64,000 bases of DNA from positions 1,121,062 to 1,185,061 of the forward strand of contig BCKQ01000003.1 in NCBI GenBank assembly GCA_001600695.1, in the 5' to 3' direction. The stretch is from Ascoidea asiatica JCM 7603. Lineage: Eukaryota > Fungi > Ascomycota. The position numbers and the translations under genes are program-made. Of this stretch, positions 35,816-47,491 are shown piece by piece. The notes under the pieces are model-generated. The model did no database searches. It was not told where the DNA came from and worked only from the letters and a program-made list of their open reading frames with translations. Position 1 is the stretch's first letter. The number at the start of each line of letters is the position of its first letter.

Positions 35816-37278
35816 GTAAGATCTGTGATTTTCAAGACAATATATCAAAAAAAACATTGGAAATCAAAACTAAAAACAAAAAATAAGTGTAATATAAAAT
35901 CGGTTTATTTCCAACAAAACTATCATCAAAAAAATAAATCAATCAAAACATATGACTAAATGAATAATTTATTCGAATCTTTTGTTTCGAATTTCTTTTT
36001 TCTTTTTTTTTTTTTTCAGACTTTTCATTATTAAAAGTTATTACTTTTGCTCTTCAAATCTTATAGTTTATTTAATTATTTTTTTTTTCAATTCTAGTTT
36101 TTTTTATATATATCGAGATCCTTTCAACATACAATTTTTATTTTATTTTTACTCTTCTATATTGTGCTTTTTTTTGGTTTTTTTTTTAATATTTTTTTCA
36201 TTTTTTTGTTATCAACTAATCATTCTAGACATCGTGTTAATAATATCAAGTAATATAAATCATTTATATTCAAATTTTAAATATTTTTTTGCTAAAAATT
36301 CATTTTCAGGTTTGCTTTTGTTAAATCAATCTTCTATATCCAATTTTATATTATCTTATATCTCATTTTTCTCCAAATTTAATTTTTTTAATATGAATCT
36401 ATATGTATGTGTATATTTATAAACATATGCTTTTTTAATTATATTTGATGTGATAATCATTCATCATAAATAATTTTTTCAAAACAATATTCGATGAGCT
36501 TGTATGCTGCAATGTAGCTTATTAAATGTCAATTCCGACCTCAGACCTCAGACCTTTTTTTTTTTTGCTGATGATCTTCAAGAATCCCAATTTGGAAATT
36601 TAAAGTGAGCAAAGAGAGAATGTAGTTAAGTCCTTGTGCTAAGCCACTGACCAATGGCTGCGATCCAATTAGATCGCTCGTATCTTAGAATTAAGAGTTT
36701 CTCAAGTGCAAATCAAGAACACTCCCGTAAAGGTTATTTTCAGGGCTGGGAAAGTTCCCACCGATTGCATGTAGAAGTATACAAAACAAGGCAGGCGTCC
36801 ACGTTTTCTAGTTGAAGTAGCTGCCTAGGCAACATTCGATATTAGCATAGAAACCATGCAGCACCATAGTTGTACCGGGTCAACCAAAAACTGCCCGCAT
36901 ATAAACAAGCAAGCTTTAACGTTACTAAACTTTGTTTCTTGCTTAAGTGATTTTGCCTCTGGGAACCTGATTGCAAGTGACCCAAAACTCCTCAACAGAA
37001 GTCTGAAAAACAAAATCCGGCTACGGATTACAATCCAATAATTTGGGACACTTTACTTCCAGTAGGACAAGTATTCTGGACTTAAAATACATAATTATGG
37101 GTCAAATAATTGTCCTTTCTAAGCCTTGAAAAGTCAACAGGGCTCTAAGGGTAGTAAACGTTCTAAGATGGGAGCATTCTCTCGTAAAAAATGGTGCCTT
37201 TGCAATTAAGCAGCAAAGTCTGTCCTAGCGGCAAACGGAAATGGTGTCTCAGATATCGCAGGGCGTCCTAAGCTAGGA

Positions 37279-37388
37279 GATAACCAGATTAAAGATAATC
37301 AATCAGATTGAATAATGATAATCAGGTTTGTTTATCTTGAGTAATTTAATACTTCTTTTTATATTAGTTTAGTCTATTTCAGAGATAA
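37279..37388. promoter_or_regulatory. Cluster of five GATAA motifs upstream of FUN26
   Basis: GATAA at 37279, 37294, 37317 and 37384; TTATC at 37332. Confidence 0.5.
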
Positions 37389-37444
37389 TTAAGAAGAAAA
37401 ATAACAACAATACTGCTTATAATTTATATCTTTTGCTGTTCGTT

Positions 37445-39064
37445 ATGGATTCTAAAGTTGGAAGACTGTCATATGAACAATTAAATAATTCAAGTACTTC
37501 ATTAATCTCAGATTCAAATCCAACTTATTCTCAAGAAAATATGAATAGCAATGACATTATAGATAACAATATACATAACAATACTGAAAACATTATCAAT
37601 AATGACATTGATAGTAGTGAATATGAAATGGTTAAAAAAAATAATGATGATAAAATAATGTTTGAATATAAGTTTTTAAAAATATCTTTATTAAGTTTTA
37701 GATATTATTCTTTTTTAATAATTGGAATATCTTTATTATGGCCATGGAATGCATTATTATCTGCATCTCAATATTATTCTATAAGATTTTTAGATAATTT
37801 AGTTTTGAAGAAAATCTATTCATCCACAATGATGTCTGTTACAACCTTAACATCTTTAATTTTTAATTATTATTTAACAAAATTTTTAACAAATAATAAA
37901 ACAAATTTTTTAAAAAGATTAATTAATGGGCAATTATTAAATTTTATTATTTTTCTATTATTATCATTAAGTTGTATAATTTTTTTAAATTTAAATTCAA
38001 TTTTTTTTTTCATTATTTTAATGACTTTAATTTTTTTAAGTTCAATAAGTGTTTCATTATCACAAACTTCTTCTTTTGCAATTGCAAATGTTTTTGGTCC
38101 AATTTATTCTCAAGCAATTTTAGTTGGTCAAGCAATTGCAGGAGTTTTACCTTCTTTAACATTAATTTTTTCAACTTTGTTATTTAATTATGATGATTTA
38201 TTAATTAATGATTCAAATAAATTAAATGAATCAAATATTGCTAAAAAAAATTCAAAAAATTTTAGTGTTATGGCATATTTTTTAATTGGTTCTTTTATAA
38301 ATTTATTAGCAATCTTCTTTTCTTATATTTCCATCAAAGGTTTTCCAATTAATGATAATAAAAGTAACAATGATGAAGATAATATTCTCTTACTCAATGA
38401 GAATAATATAAATAATGTCAATAATAATATCAATAATAATGTCAATAATAATGTCAATAATGATCTCGATAATGATAATGGCGATGATAATCAAAGAAAA
38501 GTATCATTTTCAATAATTTGGTCAAAATTAAATTTGATATTCATAACTATAATACTAGTTTTTTCAATATCTTTAATTTTTCCACTTTTTGCTTCAAATG
38601 TTGTTTCAGTTAATTATATCGAAGATTCAACTTCAAATTCAATTTTTTCAAATTCAAAATTATTTATACCAATTGCATTTACAATTTGGAATATTGGAGA
38701 TTTACTTGGTAGAATTATTACAGGTTATTCAAAATTTCAAATTTTAAAAGAAAAAAATTTATTAATTTATTCATTTTTAAGAATTTTTTTTATACCATTA
38801 TTATTTTGTTGTAATTTAATTAAATATAAAGAATTAAATAAAAATATAATATTCAAATCAGATTTCATTTATCTTTTAATACAATTTTTATTTGGATTAT
38901 CAAATGGACATTTATGTTCAAATTGTTTTATGAATATTGCAATGAAAGTTGATACGGATGAAGAAAAAGAAATTGCAGGTGGATATAGTACTGTATTTTT
39001 AAGTATTGGATTAGCTTCAGGAAGTTTAATAAGTTATATATTTATACCTCTTGTTTCAAAATAA
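37445..39064 (+). CDS. FUN26: Equilibrative nucleoside transporter
   Basis: IGISLLWPWNA, GQAIAGVLPS, WNIGDLLGR, FGLSNGH, EKEIAGG; about 11 TMs; first ATG at 37445. Confidence 0.92.
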   Translation: MDSKVGRLSYEQLNNSSTSLISDSNPTYSQENMNSNDIIDNNIHNNTENIINNDIDSSEYEMVKKNNDDKIMFEYKFLKISLLSFRYYSFLIIGISLLWPWNALLSASQYYSIRFLDNLVLKKIYSSTMMSVTTLTSLIFNYYLTKFLTNNKTNFLKRLINGQLLNFIIFLLLSLSCIIFLNLNSIFFFIILMTLIFLSSISVSLSQTSSFAIANVFGPIYSQAILVGQAIAGVLPSLTLIFSTLLFNYDDLLINDSNKLNESNIAKKNSKNFSVMAYFLIGSFINLLAIFFSYISIKGFPINDNKSNNDEDNILLLNENNINNVNNNINNNVNNNVNNDLDNDNGDDNQRKVSFSIIWSKLNLIFITIILVFSISLIFPLFASNVVSVNYIEDSTSNSIFSNSKLFIPIAFTIWNIGDLLGRIITGYSKFQILKEKNLLIYSFLRIFFIPLLFCCNLIKYKELNKNIIFKSDFIYLLIQFLFGLSNGHLCSNCFMNIAMKVDTDEEKEIAGGYSTVFLSIGLASGSLISYIFIPLVSK

Positions 39065-39080
39065 ACTTCTTTTTTTGTTT

Positions 39081-39118
<38 letters not shown>

Positions 39119-39126
39119 ATGGTTTT

Positions 39127-40245
39127 CTAATCATATTTAAATATAATAGATTGTTTACCTTTACCATTAAAAGAATCATCAATTGCTTTAAGATAAAATT
39201 TTAAAATTTCTTCATCATTTAATTTTTTCAAATCTAAAATATTTTGAATACTTTTTGCATCAATTAATTTTTTTTCTTGATATAATTTAACAATTTCATC
39301 TAATGTTTTTTTTTTACTTTCATTATCTTTTAAAGTAGTTGCAGTAATCCAAAAACCTTTAAGAGTAATATTTTTGAAGATAAAAGCAGGAGCAGAAATC
39401 ATTATTGGTTTTAATGAAATTGAACCATAAGTAACTAAAAATGCATTAAAACCTAATTTATTTGAAATATTTAAAGTTGATTCACCACCAATGAAATCTA
39501 AACCTAATAAAATTTGTTTATCATTAATCCAATTTTTAATTTGATTATTTGTAAAATCTGAGTCAGCATTTTCTTCTTCAGTTATAATTTTAGTTGCACC
39601 TAATTCAAATAATTCTTTTTTTAAAGAATTAAATTCATTTAAATTTGATTTTTTTCTAATAATATTAATTGAATTTATACCTTTAATTTTACAAATTTGA
39701 ATAATATATTTACCAACAGAAGAATTTGAACCATTTTGAATAATCCAATCACCTTTTTTCAAATTAACAAAATTTGTTAATAATTGTAAAGCAGTACATG
39801 GATTAACAGAAATTCCAGTAATTTGATTAATTGATAAATTATTTGGAATTTTTAATAAATTATTCTCATTATCAATTAATTTATAATTTGTCCAAGAACC
39901 AAAACTTGGAAATAATGGAATACAATAATCATTAATTTTAAAATTTTTAATATTTGAACCAATTTTTAAAATTTTAAAAGCACCTTCATTACCACCAATT
40001 GCTTTTGGTTTTTCAGATAAATTTTTTAATTTACTTATAAATTTTGGTCTTGAAGGATAAATACCTTGAATTTGAAGTATATCTGATGGATTAAAAGGAT
40101 GAGAAATAGTTTGAAGTAAAATTTCATTTGGTTTTAAATTCTTAATGTTTAATTTATAAGATTCAATACTTAAAACATCCTTTGGATCACCATATTCTGA
40201 AAATGATATAGCTTTAACTTCAACTTCATTGGATTCATAAGACAT
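39127..40245 (-). CDS. ETR1: 2-enoyl thioester reductase (MDR family)
   Basis: NPSD..QIQGIYPSRP (catalytic Tyr), GGNEG, SVNPCTA, GDWIIQNG.NS.VG, IFKNI...GFW. Confidence 0.9.
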   Translation of the reverse strand: MSYESNEVEVKAISFSEYGDPKDVLSIESYKLNIKNLKPNEILLQTISHPFNPSDILQIQGIYPSRPKFISKLKNLSEKPKAIGGNEGAFKILKIGSNIKNFKINDYCIPLFPSFGSWTNYKLIDNENNLLKIPNNLSINQITGISVNPCTALQLLTNFVNLKKGDWIIQNGSNSSVGKYIIQICKIKGINSINIIRKKSNLNEFNSLKKELFELGATKIITEEENADSDFTNNQIKNWINDKQILLGLDFIGGESTLNISNKLGFNAFLVTYGSISLKPIMISAPAFIFKNITLKGFWITATTLKDNESKKKTLDEIVKLYQEKKLIDAKSIQNILDLKKLNDEEILKFYLKAIDDSFNGKGKQSIIFKYD

Positions 40246-40840
40246 TTTTGAAAAGTTTAATTAGATAGAAAATATAATATATAGATTTAGACTGCTTTCA
40301 AATAGATGAGAATATATTTAAAAGCGGAAATAATAAAAATAATAAATCATGAAAAGGAACCTTTTTATAATTTTTTTTTTATATTAAAAGAAGAGTACTC
40401 ACTTGTTCATTATAAAAAGATTATTAATTGGATTGCTTGAATATATTCTTATTCAATTTGTCAGCTAGTTTCCACTTAGTTTATTGAGTCAATTGAGTTT
40501 GAGCATTCTTCTGGAAGGAAGAAAGAAAAATTGAAGTGGTTTGTCATCCTTCTTTTTTTTTGTTTATTTTTTGTTTATTTTTTGTTTATTTTGCTTATTT
40601 TGCTTATTTTGTTTGTGTTGCGGGCGGGTAGCGGGTGCGGGAAGCAAACAGCCGAGTTGGCCAGATTCGGAGTAAAAATACCCGCTCCGATTTTTTTGGG
40701 TCAAATAAAATCAAAATGTAGGACGGAACTCTGGTGTAGGACGGGACACTTCAGAAGTTTATACTACTTTTTGAACAAGAAAATAATTACAATTACAATT
40801 ACAATTACAATTACAATAGTAACATTTTATAATCATTTAT

Positions 40841-43837
40841 TTAGACAAGTTGAGTTAAACTGAGATCTGAGTTTGTTATTGGTTTGGTTTCATAAAGATC
40901 TAAATATCTATTCAGGTATCTCAATGAAATTAATGTTAATTTCCATGAATTTTCATCAAAAGTTTCTTTAACATTTATAAAATGACTACTTGAAGGTATT
41001 TGTAAAACTTTTTGATCTTCATTGAAACTTTCATTATTTTCTTCTTTAAATTTTTTTAATCTTTCCTTTTTTTCATTTTCAAATTCAATTAATCTTCTCA
41101 TTTCTTCATTTGAATAAGGTAATTGACAATTATTTACATAATTATTAAAAATGCCATTTTTACTTTTATTATAATTATTATTAGTTCCAGTACTATTACT
41201 ACCTCTTAAACATAAAGAATCCCATTCAAACATTGATCTCATCCAAAGTTGTCCAATATCATGCATTTGTTCTTTTGGAAAAAATTCACATTTGATATTA
41301 CTTTCCTTATTATTTATTTCTAGATTTTCAAAATTATTACCATTTTGATGTTTTAAACATTTTTTACCATTTTTTATCCATCCAGAAATTTCTTTAATAT
41401 ATTCATAATCTCTATATTTCATAGATTTTAATCCTTTATTATATTCTTTATATAAAACAATATCATGTTTATTTACAACATTTGTAATTTTTCCTTCATA
41501 TAATGTTCTTCTTAATGGACTTAAATCTTCAAATTCATAATTATGATAATTTTTATCTCCATAATTAATAATTTTTTTACTTAAAAATATATTTTTTAAA
41601 TTTTTTTCTCTCATTTTTTCTTCAATACTTTTTTTTAATTCTGAAATTCCAGTAATATCAATATAAAGTCCAGATTGTACATCTATTATTCTACCATCAA
41701 TAACATTATTACCATTACCATGTTCTCTTTCAATAAACCATGGATTAATTTCAATTAAATATTTTCCAAATCCATTAATTGGATTTTCAATAATTAATGT
41801 ATTATTAAAATTAATTGCTAAATATTCTAAATGTTTAATTGGAATTTGAACATCACCATCCATATCCCAAAAAAATGAATTACCTGACCATCTCCAACTT
41901 AATAAATTTCCATGAGAAATCCAGGAAATTAATTTCTCATCTTCACAAAATTCAAACCATGTTCTAAATAAATGATGAAAAATTAAATATTTTTCTTGAT
42001 GATTTAAAATTCTTTTAAAAAATCTCCAATCATAATGTGTACCTAATAAACTTGTATCATTTATTAATGAAGTTTCATGAAAAAATTTCTCACTTTTTTC
42101 AATATATGGATAATTTTTAATTAATAAATTTAAATAATTATGATTAATATGATGCAATTCAGGTATATTTGGATCAAGTTCAGTTTTTCTAACTTCTTCA
42201 ATTCTTTTAACAATATCAAATTTTAAATCATTTTTATTTAAATTTATAAATAATTTATTTTCATATTTTTCAATTGAATTAAAAATATTATCATTATTAA
42301 TATTAATATCTAATTTTTTAATTTGATTAATATTATGATCATTGAAATTAGTTAAAAGAGAATTTCTAGTTTCTAATCTTGATGGATTTAAAGATAAATC
42401 ATAATCATTTATATTTATATGTTTATTTTTATCTTTTGATAAAATTGTATACATTTCAATTAAAGAATTAATTTCATTTTCAGGAAATAATTTAAGATTT
42501 TTATTAAAATTATGATTAATTTTTAAATATTGAGTTAATTGTTTAATTATACCATTATTTTCATTAAAAATTCCTTTATAAAAATAAATTTGATTATCTT
42601 TTTTTTTTAATTTTGATGGAATACTTGTACCAAAAGAATTTTTAACTTTAATTGAAAAATTTATATTTTTTTTTTCATCTTTTGATTTAAAACCAGTAAA
42701 ATATAATTTATTAACAGGTACATTATTTGCAGCTAAATAAGCCATTCCCTTTAAAGCTTTTAAATCACTTGATTCATTTTTAGTAAAATTACTTAAAGCA
42801 AAATCAGTTAAAGTTTTAATTTTTTCAATTTCTAACCAAGTATTTGAATTTGAAAGTTTTTTAAATTTTTTTGATTTTAAAATATTTTTTTTATAAAAAA
42901 TTCCATTTCTTATAAAACCTTGATTATATTCATTATATTTATTATGCATAATAATATTTGAATTAAAATTATTATTTAAATTATTATTTATAAATAAATC
43001 ATTTTGATAAAATTCAATAAATTTATCAGGAATTTTTATCCAATCTTCCCAAGCAAAAGGTAATTGAATATTATCAAAGTTATCATTATCATAATTATAG
43101 TTTGAATTTAAATTTAAATTTAAATTTTTGTGAATATAATTTTTTTTCTGTAATTGTAATCTTAGATAAATTATATGAATTAAAGTTGTAAATCTATAAT
43201 CAAATTTTTTATAATTTAAATCTTTTTTATTTGAAAACCAATTTATATAAATTGAATTTGAATTTGAATTTAAATTATAATTTGAAGAATTATTATAATT
43301 ATGATTAAAAAAATTGAATTTATTTAAGAAATTGAAATTTAATTTAAAAAAAATTGATTTTTTAATAAGTGGTTGAATTAATTTAAAATTTAAATCAATT
43401 GGAGAAATTTGATAGAATGGATTGAATTGATTAAGATCATTATAAATATTAAAATTATTTAAGAAATTAGATTGATGATGATTTAAAAAATTTAAATTTT
43501 TTTCAAATTTATTTTTATTTCTTAAATTTTTTCTATTTAAATTATTAATATTATTATTATTATTATTAATATTATTTAATTTATTTGAATTTATAATTTC
43601 ATTTTCATATAATTGAATTAAATTTTTATCTAAATAATTTGAATTTAATAAATCATCAGATAAAGAATATTGATAATTGTAATTATAATTAAGATTTGAA
43701 AAAGATAAATTTTTTGATAATGAATAAAAAAATAAAATTACAATTGAAGAAATTAAAGAAAATAATATAATTTTTTTTTTTCTAAAAATATTTAAAAAAA
43801 TTGAATAAATATTACAAAAAATATTGAAATAAGACAT
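40841..43837 (-). CDS. MNN4: Mnn4/Mnn14-like mannosylphosphorylation protein (LicD family, type II membrane)
   Basis: N-terminal TM; LPFAWEDW, HYDWRFF, WISHG.LLSW.W.G..F.WD.D.DVQ, IDGR.IDV.SGLYIDIT. Exact paralog uncertain. Confidence 0.82.
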   Translation of the reverse strand: MSYFNIFCNIYSIFLNIFRKKKIILFSLISSIVILFFYSLSKNLSFSNLNYNYNYQYSLSDDLLNSNYLDKNLIQLYENEIINSNKLNNINNNNNNINNLNRKNLRNKNKFEKNLNFLNHHQSNFLNNFNIYNDLNQFNPFYQISPIDLNFKLIQPLIKKSIFFKLNFNFLNKFNFFNHNYNNSSNYNLNSNSNSIYINWFSNKKDLNYKKFDYRFTTLIHIIYLRLQLQKKNYIHKNLNLNLNSNYNYDNDNFDNIQLPFAWEDWIKIPDKFIEFYQNDLFINNNLNNNFNSNIIMHNKYNEYNQGFIRNGIFYKKNILKSKKFKKLSNSNTWLEIEKIKTLTDFALSNFTKNESSDLKALKGMAYLAANNVPVNKLYFTGFKSKDEKKNINFSIKVKNSFGTSIPSKLKKKDNQIYFYKGIFNENNGIIKQLTQYLKINHNFNKNLKLFPENEINSLIEMYTILSKDKNKHININDYDLSLNPSRLETRNSLLTNFNDHNINQIKKLDININNDNIFNSIEKYENKLFINLNKNDLKFDIVKRIEEVRKTELDPNIPELHHINHNYLNLLIKNYPYIEKSEKFFHETSLINDTSLLGTHYDWRFFKRILNHQEKYLIFHHLFRTWFEFCEDEKLISWISHGNLLSWRWSGNSFFWDMDGDVQIPIKHLEYLAINFNNTLIIENPINGFGKYLIEINPWFIEREHGNGNNVIDGRIIDVQSGLYIDITGISELKKSIEEKMREKNLKNIFLSKKIINYGDKNYHNYEFEDLSPLRRTLYEGKITNVVNKHDIVLYKEYNKGLKSMKYRDYEYIKEISGWIKNGKKCLKHQNGNNFENLEINNKESNIKCEFFPKEQMHDIGQLWMRSMFEWDSLCLRGSNSTGTNNNYNKSKNGIFNNYVNNCQLPYSNEEMRRLIEFENEKKERLKKFKEENNESFNEDQKVLQIPSSSHFINVKETFDENSWKLTLISLRYLNRYLDLYETKPITNSDLSLTQLV

Positions 43838-44243
43838 AATTTGAAAATGGAATTAAATATATCTATGATTATATCTATGATTGTATTAATATTAATATAA
43901 AATAAGATGATTTATTAATATAAAATGAAGGATTTAAATGACAAAGTATATGACAAAGAGTAAATGACAAGATGAATGATAAATGAGGATATAAATGAAA
44001 TAAAGATGATTAAAAATGGAATTGAAATTGAAATTGAAATTGAAATTGAAATTGAAGTGAAACATTTTCAATCAAAGTGTTTTTTCAAATAACGTTACAC
44101 AAAGCTTTAATGAAATATTTCAATATTTGAGTAATAAATGAAGAAATGAAGAAATTAATATATTTGATATATTTGATATACTTGAGACCAGAATCATGGA
44201 AGGAGTATAGAAATAGAGCCTCCGTTAACGGAAATTTGAATAT

Positions 44244-45920
44244 TCAGAGTTTGATGGTAATTCCTGAGCGACGGAAAAAGACGGAAACAGAGGCTAGGAC
44301 AGCACAGTAAAGACTTAGGACTACCAACGAAAGATTTGGGGAAGCATCCAATGTGTTTATGGACATGTTAATAAAACCAGTTAAAATATTTGCAATGAGA
44401 AAAATTGCAAGAGAATTATTATTGACAGCTTCTAAAGTATATGGAATATTATCATAAGAAGTGATGGAAGTGGTGAATATTAATTCTTTAGTCGTTGTTG
44501 ATGTTGATGATGATGATGATGAAAAGAAGTTTAATTTTATTAATTTATTATTAATTTTTTGAAAAAAATAATCAATGAATTTAAAAGCAAATAAGAAATT
44601 AATATTATAACTTACAACCCAAAGAACATAAGATAAATTTGCTAATTTTCTTGAGATTCCAAGATGAGTGAATTTATAAATATAAAAAAATAAAAAATTG
44701 AATATTATGAAATGATAAAATAAACCAATTGTTGAAGAAACTGTGAAGAAATTATAAATTTTATTATAAATTTTATTATAAATTTTATTATAAATTTTAT
44801 TATAAATTTTCTTATTTTTATTTGATTTTTCATTGATATAATAATTAATAATTTTAGATTTATTTGAAATTTTTAAAAAATTTAATGGAGTTTTTAAATT
44901 TATTAATAATAAATTACCAATTGATTGAGAAATTAAAAAAATGGATAAATAACCAAAGAATGAGAATATACCTTCTTTATTTTTTGAAATTAAATTAATT
45001 CTTGGAGATAATAATATATAAGATAATAAATTTGTTTTAATTAATAAAATTTCATAAATTATTGAAATTAATAAACCTTGAATGAATTTTGGTAATAAAA
45101 ATTTAATTTTTAAAAAATTTAAAATTAATTCAATTAATAAAATTATTGGATTTAAAAGAGATAAAGTTATAAAAAAATTCCAATGAATACCATATTCAGA
45201 AATATGTTCTTGATAATTTAAAAATTTTATTGATAAAGATCTAAATAAACCTAAAATAAAAATAGGTAATGAATTTTTTATTGAAATTTTCAAATTAGAA
45301 TTTAATTGATTATTATTATTAATATTATTATTAAAATTTTGTTTAAGATAATTTCTTGAAGATACTAAACCCATTGAAAATACAAAAGAACCAACACCTA
45401 AATCCATTAAAGAAGTTCCCCAATTTTCAACTTTTGCAAATCTTCTTGGAAAAATTTTAAAATCAACAGATAAAATTGCAATTGAAGTAATTATCATCAT
45501 ATTTGATCTATAAATAGTAATAAAAGATTTTTTTGAAATTAAATTTTTTATTGATAAATTATTTATATCAATATTAATAATTGAATTTTTATTTTTTATT
45601 TTATTATTATTAGATTTATTATTAGATTTATTATTAAATAATATAATAATTAATATAATAATTGGAAATATAATTAAAATATTTAATAATATTGGATTAT
45701 TTGAATATAAAGTTATTGATAATAATAATATAAACCAATTTAATAAAAAATCAAGAATTAAATTATTTTTTAAAAATTTTATATAATTATTAATTAAACA
45801 ATATAAAATAAAAGTTGTTAATGAAATTAAAGTAATTAAATAAATTTCAGAAATATAACCACCTTGTAAATCAGTTACAAATTGTTCTTTTCTTTGTTTC
45901 AATGATAAAGTTGCCTCCAT
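44244..45920 (-). CDS. GWT1: GPI inositol acyltransferase
   Basis: KQRKEQFV..L.GG, AIL.VDF.IFPRRFAKVE.WGTSLMDLGVGSFVFS, YQEH.SEYG.HWNFF, SRKLAN. Confidence 0.96.
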   Translation of the reverse strand: MEATLSLKQRKEQFVTDLQGGYISEIYLITLISLTTFILYCLINNYIKFLKNNLILDFLLNWFILLLSITLYSNNPILLNILIIFPIIILIIILFNNKSNNKSNNNKIKNKNSIINIDINNLSIKNLISKKSFITIYRSNMMIITSIAILSVDFKIFPRRFAKVENWGTSLMDLGVGSFVFSMGLVSSRNYLKQNFNNNINNNNQLNSNLKISIKNSLPIFILGLFRSLSIKFLNYQEHISEYGIHWNFFITLSLLNPIILLIELILNFLKIKFLLPKFIQGLLISIIYEILLIKTNLLSYILLSPRINLISKNKEGIFSFFGYLSIFLISQSIGNLLLINLKTPLNFLKISNKSKIINYYINEKSNKNKKIYNKIYNKIYNKIYNKIYNFFTVSSTIGLFYHFIIFNFLFFYIYKFTHLGISRKLANLSYVLWVVSYNINFLFAFKFIDYFFQKINNKLIKLNFFSSSSSSTSTTTKELIFTTSITSYDNIPYTLEAVNNNSLAIFLIANILTGFINMSINTLDASPNLSLVVLSLYCAVLASVSVFFRRSGITIKL

Positions 45921-46546
45921 TGTGATTGTTGTAGTTCTTCTTCTTCTTCTTCTTCTTCTCTTTGATCTTCTTCTCTTATTCCTATTGAATTATTATCAAT
46001 TGATTGATTGATTGATAAATGATTGATTGATTGATTGATGAATGAATAAATGAATAAATAAACAAATAAATAAACAAATAAACAAATAACAGATCAAGAG
46101 ACTGAGAAATGAGAAATTGACAGTGCAGCAGAAGAAGACAAGAAAACGAAGTGTTTCACACCAACACCGCCACAGAGCACCGGCGGCGGGTGGTGGCCGA
46201 GAATAGGCTTCGTGTGGCGGTGCAGAGAAAAGTTTTCAGTTCTCGAAACAAACAGAGAGAAGGGCAGCAGTGGTGGGAGTAGTGGTGGGAGTAGTGGTAG
46301 TGGTAGTATTATTGTCGTATCGAGAATAACGAGCTTGGATAGTGACTGATTACACTAACAATAAATTTATATTTATTTCATATTTATCTCATCTCATCTC
46401 ATTATCTTATTATCTCGTTATATCATTATATCATTGTATCTCATTAAACCTCACATGAATAAATAATATTGTATTATAATATAAACATAAACATAAACAT
46501 ATCCACTTTAACTACTCAAATAATCCGACTTTAATATATATTAGAC

Positions 46547-46653
46547 ATGTCTAAAGAAAAAGTGTCTTCAGAAATTTCTGAAGAACTTTCTGAAGAACTT
46601 TCTGAAAAATTAAATCATTTACAATTAAATAATGAATCAACTTCTTCAACTCA

Positions 46654-46693
<40 letters not shown>

Positions 46694-47491
46694 GAACCTC
46701 ATATACATTCAAATTTATTAAATGGTGAAATTTCAAATGATATAATAAATCCATCAAAATTATTAATTAAAAAAAATAATTATATTGATCGTATAAATAA
46801 TAATAAAACTCCATTACAAACAAGACCTGCTTCTCCATATACTTTAAATCCTCCAATTGATTTTGATGGTTTATCATGGCCTTCAATTGGTTCAAGAGAA
46901 AGATTAAATGAATCAATTTTAAATAAAGATAAAAGAATTTTAAATATTTCAAATTCAATTTCAAATATCTTAGAACAAATTGGTGAAGATAAAATTAGAG
47001 AAGGTCTTTTAGAAACTCCTGAAAGATTTGCAAAATCAATTTTATTCTTCACTAAAGGTTATCAAGATAATATTAGAGATGTTATTAAAAATGCTGTATT
47101 TGAAGAAGATCATGATGAAATGGTACTTGTTAAAGATATTAATATTTTTTCATTATGTGAACATCATATTGTACCTTTTTATGGAAAATGTCATATTGCT
47201 TATATACCAAATAAAAAAGTTTTAGGTTTAAGTAAATTAGCAAGAATTGCAGAAATGTATTCAAGAAGATTACAAGTTCAAGAAAGGTTAACAAAACAAA
47301 TTGCAATGGCAATTACTGAAATTTTAAAACCAATGGGTGTTGCTGTTGTTATAGAATGTACTCATATGTGTATGGTAAGTAGAGGAATTCAAAAAGTTGG
47401 TTCTTCAACAACTACAAGTTGTATGCTTGGTTGTTTTAGATCTCAACAAAAAACAAGAGATGAATTTTTAACTCTTCTTTCAAGAAAATAG
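46547..47491 (+). CDS. FOL2: GTP cyclohydrolase I
   Basis: [60 protein letters not shown]. Confidence 0.98.

Noticed and set aside
35982-36422. 146-aa Phe-rich ORF after the velvet gene
   Set aside because: TTG start in T-rich 3' UTR/terminator sequence; compositional artefact.
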